Shown piece after piece: positions 10,371 to 21,300 of a DNA stretch of 64,000 nt. The notes beneath the pieces are model-generated. The model did no database searches. It worked only from the letters and a program-made list of their open reading frames with translations, and was not told where the DNA came from. The stretch comes from Carpediemonas membranifera BICM. Its lineage: Eukaryota; Protista; Fornicata. The stretch lies in NCBI GenBank assembly GCA_019828565.1, contig JAHDYR010000031.1, forward strand, positions 62,001-126,000, read 5' to 3'. Made by a program: the position numbers and the translations under genes. Numbering within the stretch: the first letter of the stretch is position 1; each line of letters starts with the position of its first letter.

Positions 10371-12230
10371 CTACATGCGCTCATCAACGACAGGAGCAGC
10401 CTCCCCGACGGCCATCTCCAGCACCTGCGAGTCCCGGACGGCCCAGTTGAACGCGGTCGGCAGCTCCTGGGTCAGATCGACTACGGGCATCGGGTCAAGC
10501 ACGTTGCCACGACGACCAAGGCCCAGACGGTTGCCGTCGTTGTCTCCGCAAGCGAACAGGCCGTCTCCCGTGAACATGAACGTGGCGTGGGTGCACGAGA
10601 CGATATCGCGTGTCCCGGGTGGGGCCCGGACCCTGGTGAGGGGGATCTGGTAGTCGGCGGACCCCACGGCACACAGCCCGCTGTTGTTGTACCCCTGGGC
10701 CCACCACTCGCCCGCCCGGGACAGCACGAACATCGTGCCCTTGACCTCACCCATCAGCTGGGACGAACAGAGCAGGAGACGGGCTACGGGGAAGGGCAGG
10801 GCCAGCTTGCGGGGGTTGTAGATGCGGTAGGGCCCGTTGGGGAAGAGCTGGCCGCACTCGTTGTCCCCCACGCCCCACAGCTCGCCGTCGGACAGGAACA
10901 CAGTCGACCCCGCGTTGCACACGAGGTTGTCGATGGAGCGGGGGATGGGTGTCGGCACGGCGACGGTCTGCTCGGCCGAGGGCTGGAACGGGAGCTGGGA
11001 CACGGTGTTCCAGCCGCAGCACAGCACCTGGTGGGCGGCGTAGAAGAACGTGCTGCACCGCGAGACGTATATGTGCTCCGGGAAGAACGGTGTCTCGATC
11101 CCGTTGCCGTCCTGGTCGACGAGGGGCATCTGAACCCGTGCCCACCGCCCGATGACGTCTGCGGCCCCCCCCACCCCGGCCTGGCCGTACTCATTCCACC
11201 CGCACGCCAGCACCAGCCCCGTTGTCGTCCAGGCGAACGTCGTGTCATACCGGGTGAAGACGTCCGAGACCATGTGGCCGCTGAAGTCGATCTTCTGGGG
11301 GATCCGGACATTGGCTCGGTGCCCTAGCCCCAGCTGGGCGAGCATGTTGCGGCCAGTGGCGAACCAGCCCTTGTTGGTCGCGATGAACGTCGAGTGTCGG
11401 CTCGAGTTCGTCAGGTAAGGCCGGCTGTCGGCCGGCAGCCTCACGCGCATGGGGCTGCTGATGCGGCCGTCGTTTGACCCGACTCCCAGCTGGCCAAAGG
11501 AGTTGGCGCCCCATGCATAAAGCTTGTGGGTGGCGGTGATGCCGAAGACGCACGTGTCGCCGTAGAAGACGTCGATGAGGGGCGGGACCCGCCGCACCCG
11601 GGTTAGCTCAGGGATGAAGGGCGCGTCACTGCCGATGCCGGTCTGCCCGTTGATGTTTACGCCTCGAGCGTAGACACGACCCGCGAATACAGTGGTCTCG
11701 AGTCCGTCTTTGAAGATGGCGCGGCGACCTCGTTCATACTGGGTCTTCATCAGGGCCGTCTTCTTGCACAGGAACCAGCAGTCGCTGCTGGCGTTAGAGC
11801 TGAGCAGCACGGCAGACAGAATAGGGCTGGCGAGGGTATAGAGGGCGTCGGGGAGTCGATCCAGGGGGACGTCGATGTTGATCGTCCGCGGAGGCTGCTT
11901 GAGGTATGATATGGCTTGGGTGAGCAGCCTGATGGCCGATTGCTGCTCCGGGAAGGCGGGGAGTCGGTGCAGTCCAGTCATGAGCCCCTCCATCTCCTCG
12001 ACAACGCTCTTGGGGGCAAGGGAGCGGGTCATCTGGATCGGAGACGGCGGCACTGAGGAGCACTGACTCTCTAGCAGCATCACTGCGCTGAACAGGTGAT
12101 GGGGGATCAGGCCCGGCGTGTCTGCGTACTGTTCCTCCGCTACAGTGAGCTGCTCGCGGAGCACAGAAACGATTCCCGCCAATGACCTCATCTCTACCGA
12201 TTCCACGTCAAATGATCGATCAGTGGCCAT
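10371..12230 (-). CDS. RCC1-repeat protein with helical N-terminal region
   Basis: Repeated 'YAWGANSFGQLG', 'ATGRNMLAQLGLG', 'ACGWNEYGQAG' and 'FACGDNDGNRLGLG'. Start placed at MATDRSF. Confidence 0.85.
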   Translation of the reverse strand: MATDRSFDVESVEMRSLAGIVSVLREQLTVAEEQYADTPGLIPHHLFSAVMLLESQCSSVPPSPIQMTRSLAPKSVVEEMEGLMTGLHRLPAFPEQQSAIRLLTQAISYLKQPPRTINIDVPLDRLPDALYTLASPILSAVLLSSNASSDCWFLCKKTALMKTQYERGRRAIFKDGLETTVFAGRVYARGVNINGQTGIGSDAPFIPELTRVRRVPPLIDVFYGDTCVFGITATHKLYAWGANSFGQLGVGSNDGRISSPMRVRLPADSRPYLTNSSRHSTFIATNKGWFATGRNMLAQLGLGHRANVRIPQKIDFSGHMVSDVFTRYDTTFAWTTTGLVLACGWNEYGQAGVGGAADVIGRWARVQMPLVDQDGNGIETPFFPEHIYVSRCSTFFYAAHQVLCCGWNTVSQLPFQPSAEQTVAVPTPIPRSIDNLVCNAGSTVFLSDGELWGVGDNECGQLFPNGPYRIYNPRKLALPFPVARLLLCSSQLMGEVKGTMFVLSRAGEWWAQGYNNSGLCAVGSADYQIPLTRVRAPPGTRDIVSCTHATFMFTGDGLFACGDNDGNRLGLGRRGNVLDPMPVVDLTQELPTAFNWAVRDSQVLEMAVGEAAPVVDERM

Positions 12231-12486
12231 TGTTGTCTTGGTTTGGTCGAACTTGTGAGAGGTCTCGAGAAAATCTGCCCGCTTCGCAACCTGATCGCAC
12301 CCAACCGGAGCCCCTGCGCGGTCGTGGCTACCGAAGCCGTTGCCCATCACTACCTCAGGCCCGTGTGCAGATTCATTTAGATTGTGCCAGATCCGCCGTA
12401 TCTGACGAGTCTGCCAGACAGAGTCCAGAAGGCATTGCCACGTCCATGAAAAGCCCCAGCCGACTGAGAGGTGCGAGTTTACTGAC

Positions 12487-13223
12487 TTAGGGCATCGGGA
12501 GATAGTGGATGTCACCCGTGCACTTGTACGTCTGTGTAATACTTGGGGTGGGGAAAAACTGACATCATAATGCACGCGTTCAAGCGAGCACGATTGATGC
12601 TCGAGGTTGTTGTCGAAGCAGGCGGTGATGGTGTTGAGGTAGATCTTGCCGTCTCTCCCGTGGCCGCAAGTGATGGTGCAGAGCTTGCCGGTGCCGTAGT
12701 GGAGGGCGTTGAGGATGTCGTTGAGCTCGTATGTCTTGGTGGTAGAGGGGGTGACGCCCTCCTTGGCGAGGATGTTCTCGTAGTCGAGGTTCTTGAAGAG
12801 ATCCATGACGACGGAGAAGTACGAGTGCTCGTCCGTGATGGCGTGGTCGGTACCGGCGCCGGCCTTGCCCTTGATGGCGCAGCGGCCGTGCTTCGTGTAC
12901 TCGTGCTCGTGGAAGGACTCGTCGCCCTTGCTCATGTAGGTGGGCCAGTAGGTCCGCAGCTCAGACGAGAGGTCCTCGATGGCGGACTCGGAGAAGTAGG
13001 GGCCAGAGCAGTCGGAGGGGGAGTGGATCTTGGGGTTGGACACGGTGGGCCAGAAACCGTGGATGGAGAAGGGCGCGACGCCATCGGGCAGGTGAGTTTG
13101 TGAAGAAATGGAGGTCTGGTCGGCAGCAGCAAATCCGACGAGAATAATCAGGTCATAGTCGTCAGAAGCGAACACACTGGCGACAAAGCATGCAACAAGG
13201 ACGACGGCAAGGGTTAGCTTCAT
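12487..13223 (-). CDS. Secreted ribonuclease T2; two exons (13223-12564, 12531-12487)
   Basis: Signal peptide, CAS I 'FSIHGFWP' and CAS II 'FHEHEYTKHGRC'. Splicing a 32-nt intron gives the typical end 'TYKCTGDIHYLPMP*'. Confidence 0.9.
12532..12563 (-). other. Spliceosomal intron (32 nt)
   Basis: GTCAGT...ATTACACAG; splicing yields the RNase T2 C-terminus and a stop codon. Confidence 0.75.
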
Positions 13224-13372
13224 GGTTGTCAAGTTGTGGACGAATAATCTGCACCGTCCTTGCGTTTCTCTCGAATCAGGACGAGATCTATGTCACCTCT
13301 CGCCGTGCATAATGCCCGCCCCGCTGCACACCAGACCATACTGTCAGTATTTATGTACACAAAAATGAACCC

Positions 13373-14596
13373 CTAAACCTGGTCAGCCACGGTCCCCTCG
13401 GCCTCATCGACATCGACGGCCTCAGCTGCCGGGTCCATCACCTCGGTCACGTCGGCTCCCAGAACCCTGTTGGGGTACGTACGCCTGATGGTCTCGGCAA
13501 GGAGCTCGCGCCGCTCATCGGTGACCTGGTCGGCGCGGGACTCAAACAGCGCCTGCAGGTCCTCGAGGGCCTTGCCCCACGAGATCTTGCCGTCACAGTA
13601 GTCCTGGTAGATCAGCTTCTCCATGATGTTGGCCTCGGTTGCCTGCAGGTCTATTTTGTGCTCATGGGCGTACGAGATCATCGCCTGGCGCACGTTCTCG
13701 GCATATAGGTAAGGGTCGGCCTTCTCCTCTTCGCTGGGCGTGTACAGCGGCAGGTAGTGCAGCTCAACCCAATTGATGAACTGCGACTCCGTCCTCAGGA
13801 TCGTCAGGGATAGCGTGCACGTGTCCCAGGCCGTACTGCACCGCTTGTTCGGGTAGTGGAGCAGCACGGGCTGGACAGGCATGCCGAGGCGGAAGATGCC
13901 GGGGCGGAAGGGCATGAGCCACTTGCCGTTGGTGGTCGAGCCCTCCGGGAACAGGGTCGGACTGGGGGCGTTGGGGTTCATGCACCGGTCCCGCAGCAGC
14001 TTCTGGGTGGCATCACGGGAGTCCGCAGTCTTTCTTTTGACCATTACCACCTGCCAGAGGTTAGCGAAGGACCTCATCACAGGCACCTTCTTGAGACCGG
14101 ACTTGGCGACGAAAGCAGTGTGATTGTGGGCGCAAAGCGTCACGATGTCGGCGTGGGCGATGTGGTTTGAGATAACGGGTGGTTCCCAGCCGTCGTCCTG
14201 TCTGCCTGCGGGCTCGCCAATCGTCTTGATGTGCCATCCGGTGATGAAGCAGCACAGACGAGAGCCGAAGCGGGTCTGCTGGCGCATGAGGCGCATCCGC
14301 CACTCATCAGGTGGGGGAAGTGTCTTGTCGCTTGTCAGGGCGCCGAAGAAAACCTCAGCGATGAAGAAGTAGATGATCATAACGGCCCACATTGTGCCAA
14401 CGCGGACGATTGGGAGCCACCAGCTGAACAGAAGCATCTTTGCTATTTCGTAGAGGGAGAACTTGGCGCCAAAGAAGCCTTCGTGGTGCAGGAAAGGCTC
14501 AAACAGCAGAGAACGAACCTCAGCACTAGGCGCTCGCTTTGGGGATGGTCCTGGGCGTCTCCTGATAACGTTCCGTAGCAGGATATCGACAACCAT
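13373..14596 (-). CDS. Lysophospholipid acyltransferase (LPCAT/LPEAT, PlsC family)
   Basis: 'ISNHIAHAD' (NHx4D), 'FVAK', 'LFPEGSTTNG' and 'PVQPV' motifs. Confidence 0.9.
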   Translation of the reverse strand: MVVDILLRNVIRRRPGPSPKRAPSAEVRSLLFEPFLHHEGFFGAKFSLYEIAKMLLFSWWLPIVRVGTMWAVMIIYFFIAEVFFGALTSDKTLPPPDEWRMRLMRQQTRFGSRLCCFITGWHIKTIGEPAGRQDDGWEPPVISNHIAHADIVTLCAHNHTAFVAKSGLKKVPVMRSFANLWQVVMVKRKTADSRDATQKLLRDRCMNPNAPSPTLFPEGSTTNGKWLMPFRPGIFRLGMPVQPVLLHYPNKRCSTAWDTCTLSLTILRTESQFINWVELHYLPLYTPSEEEKADPYLYAENVRQAMISYAHEHKIDLQATEANIMEKLIYQDYCDGKISWGKALEDLQALFESRADQVTDERRELLAETIRRTYPNRVLGADVTEVMDPAAEAVDVDEAEGTVADQV

Positions 14597-14846
14597 GGTG
14601 AATGGTGCTAATTCGCGATGGCTTGGCAAAAATCAGCAATCTCAAATCTGCTCGTCAGATTGTATTTAGCACACCCCATTAACCCGAGCCCGCACGCGTT
14701 GCCCCACCCCATAAAGAAGCCGGTGCACCGCCCTTTCCGAGACCCCTCCTGAGCCTCATGAATGACATCCGCCGCTGACCCAAGACACAATTGACATTGA
14801 GCAAATCCGCACTGTTTACGCGGCATAAATAAACATGGTATGCACA

Positions 14847-15821
14847 TCACACGTGCTTCCACCCCTTGTCGTCGCTCGGCTCGTCGAGCTTGACCCCCTG
14901 GGAGGAGTGCAGGTGGTCCTTGGTCAGCAGGTAGGTCCCGCCGATCACACCGACGATGCCCAGCAGAAAGACAAGGTCCTGCAGCACCGTGGCCGACCCG
15001 AACTCCTGGAAGAAGAAGATGCCCGAAAAGACGGAGTACACGACGAGCGTGACGAAGTAGATGGGGACCACGATGATGTTGTCGAACTTCGCGATCGCCA
15101 TCTGCAGGAAGTGGTTCTGGACGACGAGGGTCAGCACGGTCCCGCCGACGAAGACATAGCTGAACGGATGGCCGAGCTGCGACTCGCCGCTCAGCGTCAG
15201 CCGCACAAGCTCAGCGCTGCTCTTGCCGCCCAGGTTGCCGAACGCCCCGATGGCCCCGGGCAGGACGGACGCGATGATGGCGTTCGAGTGGCCCGACCGC
15301 ATCGCCTCGGCCAGCCCGACCACCGTGAGGACACAGAAGGCGAGGTACCAGAAGGCGGGGTCGTGCATGGAGGAGAACTTGTGCCACAGCTGGGCCGCGG
15401 TGTACAGCAGGTCATCCTTGGCCGAGAAGACGACAGTCGTCCAGCTGCCGACCATGATGAACACGGTGCCGACCTTGTCCAGCTTGGTGAACGCCTCGCC
15501 CAGCTTGACGTGGGAGAAATACCCACTGGCAACGAGACCGATGCCGCCTAGCGGGAGTGCGACGGACGCGGGAAGGAAACCGAGCGCCACGAAATCGAGG
15601 ACCACGCCAGAGAGAAAGAGGGCAAAGGCAGCCCACCAGTAAACGTCCTGGAAGTACTGCCGCTTCGGCTCCGTCCGTGCGAGGCGGAGATGGACGATTT
15701 TCTGGCAGCCCATGCCAATATTCTGGTTCAAGGTGGCAGTGACACAGAGAACAACGCCAAGGAGGAACACGGGGCTGGTAAATGTGGCCAGTGCCACATC
15801 TATCAGCTCACTAACGGCCAT
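14847..15821 (-). CDS. NIPA-family magnesium transporter
   Basis: About nine TM helices; 'DFVALGFLPASVALPLGG', 'VVPIYFV' and 'GIFFFQEF'. Confidence 0.85.
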   Translation of the reverse strand: MAVSELIDVALATFTSPVFLLGVVLCVTATLNQNIGMGCQKIVHLRLARTEPKRQYFQDVYWWAAFALFLSGVVLDFVALGFLPASVALPLGGIGLVASGYFSHVKLGEAFTKLDKVGTVFIMVGSWTTVVFSAKDDLLYTAAQLWHKFSSMHDPAFWYLAFCVLTVVGLAEAMRSGHSNAIIASVLPGAIGAFGNLGGKSSAELVRLTLSGESQLGHPFSYVFVGGTVLTLVVQNHFLQMAIAKFDNIIVVPIYFVTLVVYSVFSGIFFFQEFGSATVLQDLVFLLGIVGVIGGTYLLTKDHLHSSQGVKLDEPSDDKGWKHV

Positions 15822-15918
15822 TGTCTTTTCTTTCGTCTGTCGTCTTCTCGAGCCCCGGACGAAAATATCAAGACCTTTAATCAGGGTTCTGCGGGCCGTC
15901 CGAGCTTAGCTACACCCG

Positions 15919-16632
15919 TCACCCGTCCATGGGTCTAAACAGGTCCAGGTCCCGCTGCCCGTGGGTGTCCGCGATCAGGACCAGGAGCGCCGTGTACGCC
16001 GCGAGGTCGGGGCCGGGGACGGCATGCGCCTGGACGAAGGCGATTGCCTTCATGAGCCGGAAGAGGGCGACCTGCGTGCCCACGGCGAGGGGCGGCTCGA
16101 GCAGGAGCAGCAGGGCGAGCAGCCACTCCACCGTCACGCGAGGGATCGGCCGGCCGGCCTCAACCCACTCCACAACGGCGGCAGTGACCGTGGTGACAGC
16201 GAATGACAGGTCCCCAGGCCGCAATCCCGCCACCGCCTGGGGCGTCGGCGCCAGGGCGCTGCGGGTACTCTTGCCGAGCCCGCACACTGCCAGCCACTTG
16301 GGCCCGTCTCTGTGCGCCATGAGGGGGATGGGCTCGGCGATGACGGGGGCGAGCTGGCGGTGGAGGGTGGCAGCATGGGCGGTCAGGGCGGCGCGGTATG
16401 ATGACGAGGGCACATACGGTGTCCTCACAACGTCCATATGCGAGAAGAACTTGTCTGGGAGCGTGTATGCCGTCTTGGCTGTCTGGACGGTGTTCTTTGG
16501 TTTGGAACTGGAGCAGATAGAAGTAGTAGCGCTCTGCTGCGCAAGTTTGAGGAAAGAAAAGCCGTCTAATGGCAATCCATCGCTTCCCAGTGCGATATTG
16601 CTGTCTGACCCCGCATCAAAAGCCCGAGACAT
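15919..16632 (-). CDS. GEMIN2: Gemin2/SIP1-like SMN-complex protein
   Basis: 'PLDGFSFLK' near the N-terminus and C-terminal 'WLLALLLLLEPPL...LFRL...LLVLIADTHGQRDL'. Start uncertain. Confidence 0.7.
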   Translation of the reverse strand: MSRAFDAGSDSNIALGSDGLPLDGFSFLKLAQQSATTSICSSSKPKNTVQTAKTAYTLPDKFFSHMDVVRTPYVPSSSYRAALTAHAATLHRQLAPVIAEPIPLMAHRDGPKWLAVCGLGKSTRSALAPTPQAVAGLRPGDLSFAVTTVTAAVVEWVEAGRPIPRVTVEWLLALLLLLEPPLAVGTQVALFRLMKAIAFVQAHAVPGPDLAAYTALLVLIADTHGQRDLDLFRPMDG

Positions 16633-17043
16633 CTTGTCGTGTCGTTTAAGCTGCGGTGTATTGACCCGGCCCAGCAGAGGGGGTTGGCCCCTGGTTCTAG
16701 GCCTATCCACCGCGGATGCTGCTGCTTTGGCCGGCATTCTTGCTTCTTGGTTCGCGTGGCCAGGGATCAGACCGCGGCGGGACTCTGAGCGCGGCGTGCT
16801 GCCCCGGGATTGTTGGGATGGAGTCGAGGTCGAACACGGCGGACACTGACGCCCGGACGATGGTCGTACCACTAAATGCCCCCCTGAGGCAGTCCCCCGC
16901 CAGAACATGGCAGGACAGCGCTCCACGTCAACACCCTGGTCCTGCATTGAGTCGGCGTCACAGGTGCCGCCTGTCACAGGGTCAATTCCACGCAGGTTAC
17001 GGACAACCTCAACTCGTTGCAAAGGCGTGCGGTGCAGAGTAAC

Positions 17044-18311
17044 ATGGACGATTCTTCAGACTGGGCGTCCAAGAACCATTTTCAAATACTTGGCTTAACG
17101 CCAGACGTTGACGATGACGGCATTGTCAGGAAAGCTTACTACAAGATGTCTAGAGCCCACCACCCGGACAAAGCGACAACAGAAGAAGAGCGACAGATCG
17201 CCAGGTCCGTTTTACCTCATCCAACTTACCCAGCAAGCGGCAGACGCTCATCAACCAGGCGTTCGATGCCCTGAAGGACAGCGGATCCCGGAAAAGGTAC
17301 CACGACGAGCTCCTCAACCCCCAGCTCGCAGACTCCATGAAGAACGCCAGGACCCTGGTGTTTGAGCTGACCAAGAAGGTTGATCTGTTCGATGAAGTGA
17401 AGCTGAAGCAGCACACGGAAGCATGGGTCAAGCGTCTGCACCTCACACCGGGCAGCTTCAAGGCCAAGCGCGTCCACCTGCACACCGAGGAGGCCCGGCA
17501 GGGGTTCAAGACCTTCCCCATCGTGCGGTTGATGATGAGCTATCGTTTCCTGATCAAGGCGACCGTTATTGATGCCGACGGTGCCAAGACCAGCAGGAAC
17601 ATAGCACTGACCTTCGACAACGAGCCAGTGGTGATCCCCATGAAGAGCGGCCCGACCGACGTCCACACTGTCTTCCCGTCGTACCCCTACGTCGGGGAGG
17701 ACGAGGACGATTACCCCGAATACCTCCAGAGCACGATGGTCCTGACCGAGCAGGTCAACGGGCTGCTGTTCGACCCCAAGCAGTACGAGGGCGACATGCG
17801 GGAGATGCCAGAGATGGGGGAGATGGAAGCACCCGACATGGACGACCTCGTGTTCATGCTCACGGCGCTGCGGCTCAAGTTCGCTCAGGGCAAGGAGGTC
17901 AAGAAGAAGGCCAAGGCCGCCGGGCGGGAGTTCTTCGAGTCCCGCGGGCTGACGGTGGCCGAGCTCTCACTGACGGAGGACCCCGTCTACACCGAGGAGC
18001 ACAGCGGCGAGGTTGACATGATCCAGTACCGCGTGCCGGTCGCATACATGCCGTATGAGTTCCGGAAGAAGCGCAACAAGCCTGGTGAGCGCTTCATCGT
18101 CGTCGTGAACATGGCGACAGGGGAGTTCTGCGGCGACCACCCACTCAGCACGTTCAAGCAGGCCGGCCTCATGCTCGGAATCGGGGCTGCAGGCGTTGCG
18201 TTACTCCCCCTGGCGCTGGGCGTCAGCGCAATCGGAAAGCGCCTCGAGAAGCGGGCACAGGCCCAGGAAGCGGGCGGCGAGGAGGATTCGGGCCCGAGCC
18301 CCGAGCAGTAA
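17044..18311 (+). CDS. DnaJ (J-domain) protein with C-terminal TM segment; two exons (17044-17204, 17234-18311)
   Basis: 'HFQILGL...VRKAYYKMSRAHHPDK'; after intron removal 'INQAFDALKD...RKRYHD' completes the J domain and runs into ORF 17337..18311. Confidence 0.85.
17205..17233 (+). other. Spliceosomal intron (29 nt)
   Basis: GTCCGT...CTTACCCAG; removal completes the J domain. Confidence 0.85.
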
Positions 18312-18353
18312 ACGCATGTCATGGCATTTATTACATCTCATGTATAGTGGCAT

Positions 18354-21300
18354 CTAGAACCAGGAGCACCGGGACCGGACGACGAACAGCCGGGGGACGT
18401 CGGGCTCAGTCCGGTAGATGGCCCTCGGGCAGAAGGCAAGCGTGGCCGCCAGCCCATCCAGCCGCGTCCGCACGCCAGGTATTAGCGGGCACATCGTCTG
18501 CGAGCCCTCCGCGATGCCCCGGGCGTGCCCAAGCCGGATCCTGTACTCGCGGTACAGGGCCGTGTCGGTCTCAGGGCGGTCGTACTGGCCCGTATCCAGG
18601 GCGGACAGCAGCGTGCGGGACACCGCGGCGGCCTCGGAGTCGGACCCGGTCATGGTCAGGCGGGAGTGCAGCACGGTGGCCGCCCCCAGCACGACTGTCA
18701 CAAGCAGCGTGGCATTGTGCTCTAGCCTGGCCCTGGCGTCATCTGACAGCACTGGCATGAGGCCCTCGACCTCTGTCAGCCACTCCCCCGCCATCCGCAG
18801 TAGCTGCCGGATCACGCTGGGCGCGTGGGTATTCCGCACGGGCTTCCGGGCTATGCAGACGTCCTGGTCATCTGCGCCGCAGGGCGGGAGGGCAGGCCGC
18901 ACCCGTGCTCTTGTAGCGGCCTGCATGGCGTACCGCACGGTGCTGGACACGCCGACGGTCGAGAGGGTCCCGCACAGGTTGATCAGATCGACGCCCGCCA
19001 TGGAGAGTCCGATCAGATACGACTCGGGCCGGGCCAAGACCACCCAGAGTTCGTCGCTGCACCGGTCGCACTTGCGAAGGGTGCCGAGCGCCTGCATGAC
19101 GCCCCACGCCCTCCGGCCCTGCCTGACCTCACTCACGGCCGGCAGTGCCGACCGGGTGGCAGGGACTAGTGGGGGGTGGCCAGTCTGCTGCAGCGACAGC
19201 GCGAGGATGGTGTTCAGCCGCTCGGTTGTCTCCATCCATAGGCTGTCGATGTGCGCAGTCGGCAGCGAGTGCGGCAGGTTCAGCCGGGCGAGCTCGACCT
19301 GCGAGAGGACCACAGCCATGGCACCCAGCCGCAGCCCCGTCTCGGCAAGGTGGGCGGCCAGCTCGCGGTGCACGCGGGGCGTGTGGTCGAGCCGAGATAG
19401 GGCGGTGAGCCAGGCGTGCAGGGGCATGAAGGGCAGCCCGTCCTTCCGCAGGAACGCCGACGTCGTGTCCACGTGCTGCCGCAGGACTGGCGCCAGGATG
19501 TCGAGGGCCTCACATGGCTCCGGGTCCGACCGCTCGAGGATGCCCATGACGGCCGCCATCTGCAGGCGGGGCGGACAATCCGGGCCCGACGACGCGGCGA
19601 CCTCCTCAAGCATTGAGATCTCGGCAGGGAGCGTCGGGGTGACCTCGCGGATGCCGAGCAGCTTGGCCAGCAGTTGAATATGGTCGCGGGCGTAGGTCCA
19701 GCCGGGGTTGCGCTTGCCAGGCTCGCCCATCCGCCACACCGCGCTCAGGATGGTCGTGGAGAAGAGAAGCTTGGGCCGGCCCTCCCTGGGCGGCTGGGTC
19801 AGGGCCGCACGCGACACCGAGTACAGCAGTCGCAACACATCCTTGGGGGGTGACCCGCCGATCGTCGGGCTGGGGGTGACGTCCCGGACCATCTCGGTCA
19901 GGGCGCACGGATCAGGGAAGGTGATGCGGACCCGAAGGGCATGTAGGTGCACGAGCGGGCCGGGCCCCAGCAACTGGGCATAAGGCGCGTGTAGGATCGT
20001 CTCTGCAGCCAGCGCGGCCTCGGCATCGCGGCGGGCGGAGCACAGCAGCCCGACGCCCCGGATGCCGAGGGTGAACAGCAAAGTCAGCTCCGCCCGGAGG
20101 TGGGGCAGCGTCAACCGGGCCTGCTCGCTCAGCCTGCTCGCGGCCTTGATGAAGTGGTGGCCAGCCCGACCCACGTGTCCCGTCTGGAACAGCAGCTCGC
20201 CGCAGGTCATTAGGACCGAGATGGAGTCGGGCGCCAGGGTCACCGCGGGGTCTACGACGCTGGGGTCTCCCATCGCCAGCCCCCTCAGCGCGAGGGCGAG
20301 GGCCCGGTCGACAGGGGACACGAGGGCGGCGTCCGGTAGGTACGTCGTCCATACACGGCGGACGGTGGCGGTGAGGCTGCGCTTGGGGCTGGGGTCGGTG
20401 AGGACGTCGACAGTCGCCGATGGCCGGTGGAAGGGCGCCTTCTCGTGCCTGAACTTGAGCAGGCGAGGCACGGGAGACGCCATGCTGAACTCCCGGGGCT
20501 TGATGCTGCCCTGGCCGAAGATCTGGGAGATCTGCACTGCCATGTCGGCCTTGCCCCGCCGCATCTGGCACACCATGAGCGCCAGGGCGACGAAGTGGGC
20601 CGTGAAGGTGTCGGGGAGGACCGGCGAGACGACCTCGTAGAAGTGGCCCTCGTGTCCGAAGGCCGCCAGCGTGTCCTCGACCTCGGGCATGGTCAACAGG
20701 GGCAGGAGAAGCGACCCGTACGTCAACACGCGCGTCTCCATCGACGCTGAGCGGCCCAGCTCACCGTCGGGCCCGTTGGCCGACAGCTCCTGCATGAGGG
20801 AGAGCGTCATTGTCAGCTGCTTCTCCGCCTCCCGGAGATCGCCCAAATAGAGCAGTTTAAGGCCATATTCAGCTCGGACGTCGACCGCGTGCTCGTTGGC
20901 CGCGAGGGCCTCCGCGAGGATATGTGCGGCCTCGTGCATGCAGCCACTGACGGTGCAGGTTGAGGACAGGGGCGCGGGGATGCCCTCGTCGTCACCATAC
21001 GGCATGGCGTCGTCGAAGTGTGTGTCGGCCCACGTGACCCCGAGGGACGTCATGATGCCCTCGAACCGGTCAATGACCATGCCCCGCAGATGCAGCACGC
21101 GGGACACGATGTGCTTAGCCTCCATGGCGCCGGGCTCCATGGCCAGCAGGGCCTCACATGTCGCCAGGGCCTTGCCCAGCCAATGTGTGACCCGGCTCAG
21201 CGTCGGTGCGGTGGGGCTGGCCAGGTCTGACATCATGGCGCACACCGCGGTCGTGGCGAGCTCGAGCAGGTGTCTGGCCCGAGCTAGCAGGGCAATGATG

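Noticed and set aside
10371-13232. 953-aa apparent RNase T2-RCC1 fusion protein
   Set aside because: A 32-nt intron (12532-12563) shifts RNase T2 into a typical C-terminus and stop at 12487. The linker looks non-coding and the RCC1 gene has its own ATG at 12230, so these are two genes in chance frame.
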